Below the pieces are notes generated by a model. It was not told the DNA's origin. It saw only the letters and a list, made by a program, of their open reading frames with translations, and made no database searches. A stretch of 64,000 bases of DNA, taken from assembly GCA_963817015.1 (NCBI GenBank), contig CAWFMV010000006.1, forward strand, positions 10,509 to 74,508, given 5' to 3'. This document shows positions 20,061 to 30,400 of this stretch, one piece after another. Numbering within the stretch: the stretch's first letter is position 1; the number at the start of each line of letters is the position of its first letter. The translations under genes were made by a program, and so were the position numbers. The DNA comes from an uncultured Alphaproteobacteria bacterium. GTDB lineage: Bacteria > Pseudomonadota > Alphaproteobacteria > Rhizobiales > Xanthobacteraceae.

Positions 20061-21257
20061 ATGACATCGAAGCGCGAGGACGGCACCTTGCCGTCCGTGC
20101 GGCCTGCCACTCGATTCGTCACCGGTGGGCGTGACCCCTTCGCACAGCATGGATACGTCAATCCGCCCGTCTATCACGCCTCGACTCTGCTTTATCGGTC
20201 AGCTGAAGACTATCTGGCCCACCGCAGCCGCTATCAGTATGGGCGGCGCGGAACGCCAACCTCGGAGGCACTCTCCGACGCAATTGCGCAGTTGGAAGGG
20301 CCATCCTGTGCCGGGGTGGCGCTGCTGCCGTCGGGGCTTGCGGCGTGCTCGATCGCGCTCATGGCCATGCTGAAGGCCGGCGATCACGTTCTTGTCACTG
20401 ACAATGTCTATCAGCCCACACGCATTTTCTGCGACGGTAATCTAAGCCGACAAGGCGTCTCGACCACCTACTACGACCCACTGATCGGCAGCGACATTGC
20501 GTCGCTGTTCAAGCCGAGCACGCGCGCCGTCTATCTGGAGTCGCCCGGATCGCTGTCATTCGAGATCCAGGACGTGCCCGCGATCGCGGCAGCGGCCCAT
20601 GCCCATGGCGCGATCGTGCTGATGGACAATACCTGGGCAAGCCCGCTCTATTTCCAGGCACTCGAGAAGGGCGTCGATCTCGCAATCCAGTCCGGCAGCA
20701 AATATATCGGCGGCCACTCCGATCTGATGCTCGGCACCATATCGGCCAATCGGACGACGTGGCCGCAACTCATCAAGACGGTTCATGCTATGGGCCTGTG
20801 CGTCGGGCCCGACGACATGTATCTCGGCCTGCGCGGCCTGCGCACCATGGGGGTGCGCCTGGCGCAGCACTATGCCGCGGGCCTTGCGATCGCGCGCTGG
20901 CTCGAAGCGCGACCGGAAGTGCTGCGCGTGCTTCATCCGGCGCTCGAGCGCCATCCCGGGCATGCGGTCTGGCAGCGCGACTACACGGGCGCCAGCGGCC
21001 TGTTCAGCGTGGTGTTCAAGCCGATGCCGCAGGCTGCGGTGTTTGCGTTTGTCGATGCGCTGGCGCTGTTCGGCATCGGCGCGTCGTGGGGCGGCTACGA
21101 GAGCCTGATCATTCCGTTCGATTGCAAGGCGGTGCGCACCGCGACCCAATGGGCACCTGGCGGGCCGACGGTGCGCCTGCACATCGGGCTGGAAGCTGTC
21201 GACGATTTGATCGCGGATCTCGAGCGCGGCTTCGCCGCGATGGCGAAGGCTAGTTGA
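20061..21257 (+). CDS. metC: cystathionine beta-lyase (Cys/Met-metabolism PLP enzyme)
   Basis: 398 aa intact. YGRRGTPT, the PLP-lysine motif SGSKYIGGHSDL, and C-terminal WGGYESL typical of MetC. Confidence 0.88.
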   Translation: MTSKREDGTLPSVRPATRFVTGGRDPFAQHGYVNPPVYHASTLLYRSAEDYLAHRSRYQYGRRGTPTSEALSDAIAQLEGPSCAGVALLPSGLAACSIALMAMLKAGDHVLVTDNVYQPTRIFCDGNLSRQGVSTTYYDPLIGSDIASLFKPSTRAVYLESPGSLSFEIQDVPAIAAAAHAHGAIVLMDNTWASPLYFQALEKGVDLAIQSGSKYIGGHSDLMLGTISANRTTWPQLIKTVHAMGLCVGPDDMYLGLRGLRTMGVRLAQHYAAGLAIARWLEARPEVLRVLHPALERHPGHAVWQRDYTGASGLFSVVFKPMPQAAVFAFVDALALFGIGASWGGYESLIIPFDCKAVRTATQWAPGGPTVRLHIGLEAVDDLIADLERGFAAMAKAS

Positions 21258-21270
21258 CGGCGGAAAAAGA

Positions 21271-21600
21271 TTACGCCTTCTCCGTCTCTTTGCGCTCGCG
21301 GAAGATCAGCATGATGTTGCGCATGTAGATCAGCGTTGCGAGGCCCTGGCCGAAGATGATCACGGGCTCGCGCTTCACGAAGCCATAGACGAGCGTCATC
21401 AGGCCGCCGACCATCGAGAAGATCCAGAACGCAAACGGCACGACGCTCTTGCCGGCACGCTCGCTCGAGATCCATTGCACGATGAAGCGGCCCGCGAAGA
21501 TGAGCTGCGCGACCAGGCCGAACGCCAGCCAGAAGTCGAACTTCTCCCAAAAGACCTCCCGGAAATAATCGCTGACCGCGGTACCGAACTGAATGAGCAT
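21271..21600 (-). CDS. lipid-A-disaccharide synthase N-terminal-domain small membrane protein
   Basis: MLIQFG...FWLAFGLVAQLIFAGRFIVQWISSERAGKSVVPFAFWIFSMVGGLMTLVYG pattern. Its ATG overlaps the upstream GT2 stop (TGATG). Confidence 0.8.
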   Translation of the reverse strand: MLIQFGTAVSDYFREVFWEKFDFWLAFGLVAQLIFAGRFIVQWISSERAGKSVVPFAFWIFSMVGGLMTLVYGFVKREPVIIFGQGLATLIYMRNIMLIFRERKETEKA

Positions 21601-22330
21601 CAACTGATCTCCGAAACCTCCGGCACGCGCCGTTTGCGGCGGATGAGCCACCACACGCCGGCCAGGTCGAGAATGCCGACCCACAGCCGGTCCCACATGC
21701 CGTAGTTCGACACGCCGGCGCCGCGCGGCCGGTCGATCACGTCCACATAGCCGATCTCGTAGCCCTCGCGCCGCATCAGCGCCGGCAGGAACCGGTGCAG
21801 GCCATCGAAATAGGGCAGCGCCAGGAACGCATCACGACGGAACGCCTTGAGCCCGCAGCCGGTGTCGCGCGTGCCGTCGCGCAGCACCGCGCCGCGCACC
21901 CCGTTGGCGATGCGGGACTGGAATTTCTTGAAGCCGGTATCCTTGCGGCCGACGCGCTGGCCGGCGACGAGGCCGATGCGCGGGCTCGCTGGCCACCACG
22001 CGCAGGAACTCGGGAATGAAGGCCGGATTGTTCTGGCCATCGCCGTCGAGCGTGACCACGACCGGGGCGCGCGCATGCGCCACGCCGGTGCGCACCGCCG
22101 CCGACTGGCCGCAGGACTGCGCATGCTTGACCTGGCGCAGAAACGGACGGCTCGCCATCAGGGAGCGCAGCTCCGCCTCGGTGCCGTCGGTCGAGCCATC
22201 GTTGACATAGATGATCTCGAATGTCATCCTCGAGCGCCGCCGCGATCTCGCTCACCAGCGGCGCGATATTGCCGGCCTCGTTGCGGACCGGAACAACAAC
22301 GGAAACGGCGGGCGTGCTTGCTTGGTTCAT
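21600..22330 (-). pseudogene. GT2 polyprenyl-phosphate glycosyltransferase (ArnC/RgtE/DPM1-like), 2 frame breaks
   Basis: VSVVVPVRNEAGNI, FEIIYVNDGSTDGT, VVTLDGDGQNNP (DxD), GLVAGQRVGRKD. Breaks resolved as gac[a]ttc (~22225) and cc[c] (~21985). Confidence 0.85.
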
Positions 22331-22393
22331 GATCTCCGGCCCGCTGCTGCCTTCTAAAGCCGCTCCCGTTACGCATGTCGTCGCGCGAGCTTC

Positions 22394-23240
22394 TTATGGG
22401 GCGATGAGGCTGCGGGCAACCCTCTTGATGCGTGCCCAGGAGGGCCCTGGCAGAGCATGCGTGACACCTTGCGCATCAACGACGAAGCCCAGGTGGCGCC
22501 GCGCAAACCAGTCACGCACGATCAGCGCGCCCATGCTGCCGACAAAGGCGCCGGCGATCACGTCGCTCAGGTAGTGCGCATCGAGCACGACCCGGCTGAC
22601 CGCAATGATCAGTGCATAGATGAGCATCAGTGGACGCAGCCGCGGCCAAAGCAGCCCGACCGCGATGGCCGCCGCAAAGGCCGTCGTGACATGGCCAGAC
22701 GGCATGCTCGCGTAGTCCGCGCGCCAGACCATCGGCCAGATAGAGGAACGGATCGGGCTCGGCGCCGACAAACGGGCGGGCTCGCCCGATCACGCGCTTG
22801 ATGATCGTGACGAACAGGCTCGGCACCGCGATCGCCGCAAACAGAAAGCCCGGCGCACCGCGATGGCAGCCAGCACGAGCCGGCTGAGCGGCGCCAGCGC
22901 CGGCGAGGTGACCGCCGCGATCGCGGCGAGCAGCAATTCCAGTCGGCCACAGGAACCAGCCCGACTTGCCGAAGTCGGTCATGAACGCGAAGGCCGCATG
23001 GACCCAGCCCGGCAGCTGCTTTGACGCCGCGGCGAGCGGAGCATCGGCAAACACCATCGCCAGCGCGACGAGGACAATGGTTGCAAGCCCCGCGGCCAGG
23101 ACGCGCGCGCGCGTCCCCTGCACCGCCCTGAAACGCGGCGAGGCGGCCAGCACCGTCATCGCAGCGCTCACATTGGCGCGCGCCCAGCGCGGCCAGCTGG
23201 CCGCATGGGCGCCGGTCGCCGCTCCGCCGGTCACGCTCAT
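22394..23240 (-). pseudogene. PAP2-family (acid phosphatase / lipid phosphatase) membrane protein, at least 2 frame breaks
   Basis: The three PAP2 motifs are present: KRVIGRARPF, MPSGHVTTAF and SRVVLDAHYLSDV. Start MSVTGG at 23240. Confidence 0.75.
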
Positions 23241-24961
23241 CGCGCGCGCTCCCGAGCGGAAGACCGCGATGATCGCCGATTTGCCGGCGCCGAGATTGAA
23301 CGCCTCGATGCGGCTCACCGGCGAATAGAGCAGGCCGAGCGCATCGGCGCGCTGGCCGAAGCTGCGCTCTTGCCGCAGCTCGACGAAGGCGAAACGGCAG
23401 TCGCCACCGGCAGGAACATCGGCTGCGCCCGCCGCATCCGTCAGCCGCGTCGCGGTGCCGGCGAGGAACACGAGGCTCGGCTCATGATAGCCGGACGACG
23501 CCACCAGCGGCTCGCTGCAGCCGCTCTCGCGCAGATTGCTTCGCGAGCGCCACGCTCGGGAATACCGGGGTGAGCGACGGCACGACGAGGCCGAACAGAG
23601 CAGCCGAGAGCAAGAGCGACGCCAGCGTCGCGCGCAAGAGCGAGTGCTCGGGGCCGTCGGCTTCGTAGAGCCGCCACGCCAACAGCCCCATCACCACCGA
23701 GCCTCCGATCACCGGCCACACCAGGAGGCCGAACTGGCGGCCGACCGTGAACAGCACGATCAGTCCCGACGATGCCGCCCATGAGCGGAAGCAGAAACCA
23801 CCAGATCGTCGCGTTGGTGAGCCAGCGCTTGGGGGAGAGGTTGCGGGCGTCCACGAAGCCCGGCGAGCAGGATTGCAATCGCCGGATAGATCGGCAGCAC
23901 ATAATGCGGGAGCTTGGTGATCACGATCTCGAGCACGATCCAGGACGGCACCACCCAGGCCAGCAGGAACTTGGCGCCGGGCTCGCGCCGCGCCGCCCAG
24001 ATCGCCGGCACTGCCGGCGCCGTCAGCATCGCACCCGGGAAGAACGTCGCCCAGAACAGGAGCAGATAATACCCGGGCGGCGCGCCATGCGACTCCTGCC
24101 CGCTGCCGATCTTCGAAAGGAAGTCGCGCCCGATCAACTCGGAGAAGAAGCTGTCGCCGGAGCGCTCGATGATGAGCGAGGAACCACGGCAGCACCAGCA
24201 GCGCGAGCCAGATCAGACCGACGATCGGCCGCAACGCCAAGAGCCAGCGCGCCGAGCGATCGACAATCGCAAGCGTGACCGCCGTGAGCCCGACGAACAG
24301 CACGATCACCGGCCCCTTGAGCATCACGCCGGCGGCCATCGCGGTCCAGAAGATCGCCGGCAGGATCCAGGATGCGCGCGCATCCATGCGCGCGCGTTGC
24401 TCGGGCAGATAGAAGCGGCGCCATCACCCCCATGGCCGCCACGATGGTGGCCAGCAACATGGCATCGGTCTTGGCAATCCGGCCCTCGACGCTGAGCAGA
24501 CAGGCAGGACGCCATCATCAGGCCCGCGAGCACGGCGGCGCGCCGCGACACGAAGGCAAGCGCCGCCCAATAGGTGAGCAGGACTGCCGCGAGCGCGCCG
24601 ATCAGCGAGGGGATGCGGTAGAGCCAGATGGTGCTGAGCGCCTGCGGAACCCCAAGCGCCTGCCCGGCCTTCACCGCGCCGGCCTGCAGCCAATAGATAC
24701 CGACCGGCTTCTTGTAGCGAACCTCGTCCTGGAACCGGATGTCGACATAGTCGCCAGTCTCGATCATCTGCTTGGTGGCCTGCGCGAAGCGCGACTCGTC
24801 GCGATCGGTCGGCGGGATCGAGAAGAAGCCCGGCAGGATGCTGAGAACGTGACGAGCAGGAGCACCAGGAGCGCGCGCGCATGGCTCTGGGTCGCGAAGT
24901 CCACGACCATAGTCAGGCTTTGCGTCAGGTCCCTGCGCTCGCCGCTGGTGGTTACCGCCAT
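23237..24961 (-). pseudogene. GT39/GT-C family (ArnT/RgtF-like) membrane glycosyltransferase, at least 7 frame breaks
   Basis: GGAGA SD and ATG at 24961 (MAVTTSGERRDL...). PTDRDESRFAQATKQMIETGDYVDIRFQDEVRYKKPVGIYWLQA, LKGPVIVLFVGL, HGAPPGYYLLLFWATFFPG and KLPHYVLPIYPA fragments occur in all three frames. The end is inferred from ATGA overlap with the PAP2 start. Confidence 0.78.
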
Positions 24962-25064
24962 CGTCTCCGAAGTCCTGCATCCCTGATAAGGATGGCCGGA
25001 CAATAGAGAATTCGGGAGCGCGGGGAAAGGATAACGCGCGGCCGCCTGTGGTCTGCACCGGTTA

Positions 25065-27153
25065 CTACTGCAGCCGCACCATCACGCTGTCGGTCGCACC
25101 CGTACCGTCGATCACGGTAAGCCGCACAAAACCGGGCCCTTCTGGCTCGAAAAAGCAGCGTGCGGCGGCGGCCTGCCTGTTGTTCCGGCAGCGGCATGCC
25201 ATTCACCAGCACGGTCAGCGCCCCGGTTCCACCCGCAATCTTAAGCGCGATCGGCTCGGGCTTGCCGTCCTCGCCACTGGCGAGCTCGAGCCGCGCCCCG
25301 TTCGGCGGGAACATGATGCGCAGCGCGCTCGCTGCCCTCGCCCGCTCGCCGCGGAACCGCTGCAGCGGCGGCGGCAACTTGGCGTTGCTCGCGATCAGCG
25401 TTCCCTTCGGCGCCGGCGGCAGGGTTTGCGGCAGCTTGCCGGTGCGCGCAAACGCGTCGAACAGGATCGGCGCGGCGGCGACCCGCCCGTTGAGGCCCGG
25501 CACCGGCGCGCCATCAGGCCGCCCGACCCACACGCCGATGGTGCGTTTGCCGTCGAAGCCAACCGACCAGGCATCGCGATAGCCATAGGATGTGCCGGTC
25601 TTGAACGCGATGCGGCCGCCGGCCGCGTTCTCGGGCGGCGGCGTGCCGATGAGCACATTGGCGACCTGCCAGGCGGCGGCCGGATCAAGCAGCCGCCGCG
25701 GCGGCTCGATCGGCAGCTCGTTTGCCAGCTCGCTTGCAAAACGCTCGACTCGGCGTGATGGTGGTACCGAGCCGCGCAATGCCGGCGTAGAGCGCCACGA
25801 GATCGATGAGCCTCACGCCGACGCCGCCGAGCCCCATCGCGAGGCCCGGCACCTCGCCCTTCGGCAGCACCAGCGCGCCGCCGGCCTGCTCGAGCCGCGC
25901 GGTGAAGCGGCTGGCGCCGATCTTGTCGAGCACCGCGACCGCCGGCACGTTCAGCGACAGCTGCAGCGCCTTGCGCACCGTGACCGTGCCCTGGAAGCTC
26001 AGGTCGAAGTTCTCCGGCGCATAGCTGCCATAGCGCACCGGCCGGTCCTCGATCAGCGTCTCGGGATGAATGAGCCCGTCCTCGATGCCGAGCCCATAGA
26101 TGAACGGCTTGAGCGTCGAGCCGGGCGAGCGCAGCGCCTGCGTCATGTCGACCTGACCGGCGCGGCTGATGTCGAAATAGTCGGCCGAGGCGACGCGCGC
26201 GAGGATCTCGCCGCTTGCATGATCGACGGCGACGATCGCGATCGAGATCATGGGCCCAAGCGCGCGGGCGCGATCGCGCGCGAGGTCCTCGAGGCTTTTC
26301 TGCAGCGTGGCATCGATCGTGAGCCGATGAATGCTGCGCTCGGGCGCCGCCGCGATCACCGCATCGGCCGCGTGCGGCGCCAGCATCGGCATCGGCTTGC
26401 GTCCGGCCGGCACCGGCTCCGCACGCGCGCGCTCGATCTCGTCGAGCGGCACGACGCCTGCGGCCGCGACGCGATCGAGCACGCGGTCGCGGGCATTGCG
26501 CGCGGCCTCGACCGACCGATCGGGACGGCGCAGCTCGGGCGCCTGCGGCAGCGCGACCAGCAGCGCGGATTCGGCAAGGCTCAGCCGGCGCGGCTCCTTG
26601 CCGAAATAGGAGAGCGAGGCGGCACGGATGCCTTCGAGATTGCCGCCATAGGGCGCGAGGCTGAGATAGAGCGAGAGGATATCGTCCTTGCCGAGCGCGC
26701 GCTCGAGCTCGATCGCACGCACGATCTGGCGCAGCTTGGCCGCGAACGAGCGCTCGCTGCGCGGCTCGAGCAACCGCGCCACCTGCATGCTGATGGTGGA
26801 GGCGCCCGAGACGATACGGCCGTTGAGCACGAGCTGCGAGAGCGCGCGGCCAAGCGCCAGCACATCGACGCCATGGTGCTGCGCGAAGCGCTTGTCCTCA
26901 TAGGCGAACAGGATGTCGAAGAAACGCGGATCGACGTCGGCGCGCGTCGCCGGCAGTCGCCAGCGCCCTTCCGGCGTGGTGTAGGGCCGCAGCAGCCGCC
27001 CGTCGCGGTCGACCACCAGGGTGGAATAGGCGAGCCCCTCCCCGCGCGGCGCCGGGCCGAGGGAGAGTATCGAGAAGGTGGCGAACACAACGAGCGCTAC
27101 GACAGCGGCCGCAAACGCAATTGCGATTCTAGAGATGCGAAGACGCGTGCCAC
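25065..27153 (-). pseudogene. pbpC: penicillin-binding protein 1C (bifunctional transglycosylase/transpeptidase-like)
   Basis: Transglycosylase motifs EDKRF, GASTISMQVARL and RKxxE-like; SPGSTLKPFIY (SxxK). C-terminal domain ends ...VMVRLQ* at 25065. Frame break near 25760. The start is either GTG 27153 (needs one more +1 correction near 27130) or GTG 27262, which would read through a REP element. Confidence 0.88.
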
Positions 27154-27155
27154 GT

Positions 27156-27376
27156 CGTTCCCTCCCCCCTTGCGGGGGAGGGACAGGGAGAGGGGTAGCG
27201 GCAGATTCTGAGTCCGCCACCGACTTCCGTTCAAGACCGTGTTCGCACTTTCGCGCTTGCACGACAGTCTACTCGCAGCTGCTGTTATTGTTGATGAGAG
27301 CTTCGGACGTCGTTGCAAATTCAGTGCTTGCAGCCACCCCTCTCCCTGTCCCTCCCCCACAAGGGGGGAGGGAACG
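27156..27376. repeat. 221-bp MITE-like element: 46-bp terminal inverted repeats (43/46 identical) flanking a 128-bp core
   Basis: 27156-27201 is cgttccctccccccttgcgggggagggacagggagaggggtagcgg. The reverse complement of 27331-27376 is cgttccctccccccttgtgggggagggacagggagaggggtggctg. Each arm also has an internal palindrome, ccctcccccc-ttgc-gggggaggg. Confidence 0.55.
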
Positions 27377-27443
27377 GTGGGGCAATGGCCTTCGTAACAC
27401 TAACACCGCACTTGCTCGACGGTCGTTCTCCATCGCGTTCACT

Positions 27444-30400
27444 CTATCGCGCCGCCGTCACCTCGACCGTGCCGGTTGCGGTGCGACCGAAGCGGTCGGG
27501 CCGGTACATGTCCTCCACGTAGGCCTGCGGATGCACGTAGCGGCCGGGCGAGACCGCCCGCACCACATAGGCCACCGTGAACACCGGACCGTCGGCACCT
27601 TTGCGATTGAACGCAGCCGCGAAGCGGTCGTCGCGGAACTCGGCATTGGCCGGCTCGACCGCGTTCTCGATCCAGCCGAGCGTGCCGGTCTCGCCTGACG
27701 AGACCAGCCGCGGGTTGTCGATCTCGAAGCCTGCCGGCAGATGAGTCGACCACGATGACGCGGCCGAACTGCGGTTGCGGCTCGGTGATCTTGAGCACGA
27801 CCGCGAAGCGGTCGTTCTGCCTCGCCTGCGATGGATCGGCGGGCTTGCCATCGAGCGTGTAGTAGAGCCGCTCGATCTTGAAGCCACGCTCGGCGGCGGG
27901 CTCCGGCACGGTCGGCGCGCCGGTCACCGTGAGCACGGCGCGTACCGTCGAGTCGCCCGCATTGGTCACCGTCACGGCGCCAGCACCGAGCGTCGACTGC
28001 TTGATAGCTGCGGTTGACCGTACCCTGCACCGCCTCCGCACCAACCGCGCCCGCAACGCTGAGCGAGATGCCGGTCGCCTCCTTGGCCAGCGCCCGCGAC
28101 GCCAGCACCAGCCACGCCTGCTCCTGCGTCGAGATGTAGGGCGTGAGGTTGCGCGCCGCCTCGACCCGCTCGACCGCATTCACGATGATCGGGCGCTGCG
28201 CGCCGCCCTCCGACGGCGAGCGTCACCAGCGCTGCCGCATCGCGCAGGATCGAGCCGTAGTCGATGCGGCCATATTCGAGCACGGGCTCGGCCCGCGAGC
28301 GAAGCAGCGCCGCGGTAAAGACGCGCTCGGCACGCGCGCGATCACCGAGCATGCCAAGCGCGGCGGCAAGCTGCGCCTTGGCGATCAGTGGTCGCGAAGT
28401 CGTCGAGCTTGGTGTCGGCGTAGTAGCGCAGGTCACCGAGCGGGGCCGCGCCGTTGCGCGCCAGCACATAGAGCGCATAGGCGAGCGCGCGGCCGCCGTT
28501 CTTGCTCGGCTCCTCGGCATTGCCGATGTAGTTCTTGCAGCCGATCGAGCGCGAGCTTGAACGGCGACGTCGGGCACCGCAAAGCCGCGCTCGCGCGCAC
28601 GCGTGAGGAAGTCGCTCACATAGGCATCGAGCCAGACGTCATCGCCGCCCGCCGACCACAGCCCGAACGAGCCGTTCGAGCCCTGGCGCGCGAGCAGCCG
28701 ATCGATCGCTTCGCGGATGCGCTGGTCGATCGCGGTGTCGAGCGAGAGGTGCGCTTCGCTCGCGAGATCGTTGACGTAAAGCAGCGGCATGCGCGCGGCT
28801 GGTGATCTGCTCCGAGCAGCCGAACGGATAGCGGTCGAGCGCCGAGAGCAGCGCCGCCGCGTCGAGCGCGGTCGAGAGACCGACCGAGAGTGCCGCACTC
28901 GCCGGTTCCCGGCACGAGATCGGCGAACAGGTCGTTCGACAGCGTCAGGCTTTCGCCGCTGCGCGAGCGGCCGCACGGTGCGGCGCGCGATCACTTGCGT
29001 GGCCGGCTTGACGCCGAGCGCGTAGCTGCGCTCGAGCGTGAAGCCCGACGGCCCGCTCACGCGCACCGTCACATTGGCGACGCCGGCAGCCGGCCGCGGT
29101 GAGCGGCACCGTCACGGCGCTGCGCTGCTTGGCGTTGAGCTGCAGCGTCTGCGGCGCGCGCATTGCCGACGACGTTGACGCCTTCGCTGCGCACCTCGAT
29201 GCGATAGTCGCCGGCCCCGCCTTCGACGTTGTCGAGATCGAGATGCATGGTGCCGCGATCGCCGTTGAGCAGGAAGCGCGGCAGCGTCGCGGTGAGCACC
29301 ACGGAGTCGCGGATCACGACGTCGCTCACGGCGCGGCCGACCTTGTCCTTGCGACCAGGCCACCGCCATCACGCGGGCGGTGCCGGCGAAGTCCGGGATG
29401 TCGAAGGTCGACCTCGGCGGTGCCGTCGGCACGGACCGTGACGAGGCCGGAATAGAGCGCGAGCGGCTTCTGCGCCGGCGGGCTGCCTTGCAGCTCGGCC
29501 GCCGCCGTGTCGCCGCCCGACTTGATCTGGCCGCGCGTGCCCTGCATGCCGTCGATGAGCTGGCCGTAGAGGTCGCGGACGTCGGCGGTGAGCCGGCGCT
29601 GGCCGAGATAGTAGTCGTCCGGCGCCGGCGGCTTGTAGTTGGTCAGGTTGAGGATGCCGACATCGACTGCGGCGACGACGATGCGCGCCTCCTCGCCGGC
29701 GGCAAGCCCGCCGATCTTGACCGGGATGCGCAGCGTCGCAGCTCGGGCGCTGCAGCTGCGGCAGCGTCCATGTTGACCGCAAGCGTGCGCGCCTGGCGGT
29801 TGACGCCGAACCACTGCACGCCGATGGCGCGGCCGGGCATGCGCTCGGCGCGCGTGTCGAGCGGACGGCGCAGCGTCGCCACCACATAGGCGCCGGTGCC
29901 CCAGTCGTTGCCGACCGGAACGGTGAGCCGCGCGGTGCCGGCCTGCACGTCCTGCGTCTGCGGTGGTGATGAGCCGGTCGCCGATGACGTTGAGCGTCAC
30001 CTTGCCGGCGGTGCGCGCCGTCACCGCGACCGTCATGCGTGTCGCCGGGCGCATATTCCGGCTTGTCGAGCGCGATTTCGAGCAGGTCGGGCGTATCGGC
30101 GCTCGCTTCCGCATAGAAGCCGGCGTCGAAGCCGACCGAGGTCATCGGGCCGTGCGATCGCTGGTCGAGACTTCGAGGCGATAGCGGCCCCACTGCACCG
30201 GCATCGAGATGCGCGCCGGCGTGTCGGCCGCGACGTTGAACTGGTGCCGTCGGCGACGCGGCGGGTGGTCTTGACCGGCTCGAATTCCCAATTGGTGTCG
30301 CGCCGATACCATTGATAGCGGGTCTCGACCTTCAGCAGCTCGTAGCGCAGTCCACTGCGCGCGAGCGTTGCGCCGTCGGGCGCCGCGACGATCACGTCGA

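Noticed and set aside
27154-27262. N-terminal extension of pbpC from GTG 27262, encoding ...SESAATPLPVPPPQGGRER
   Set aside because: This peptide is simply the translation of the REP/MITE arm, and the same motif is 'encoded' by the other arm in a non-genic context. A start at 27153 with one +1 correction is more plausible.
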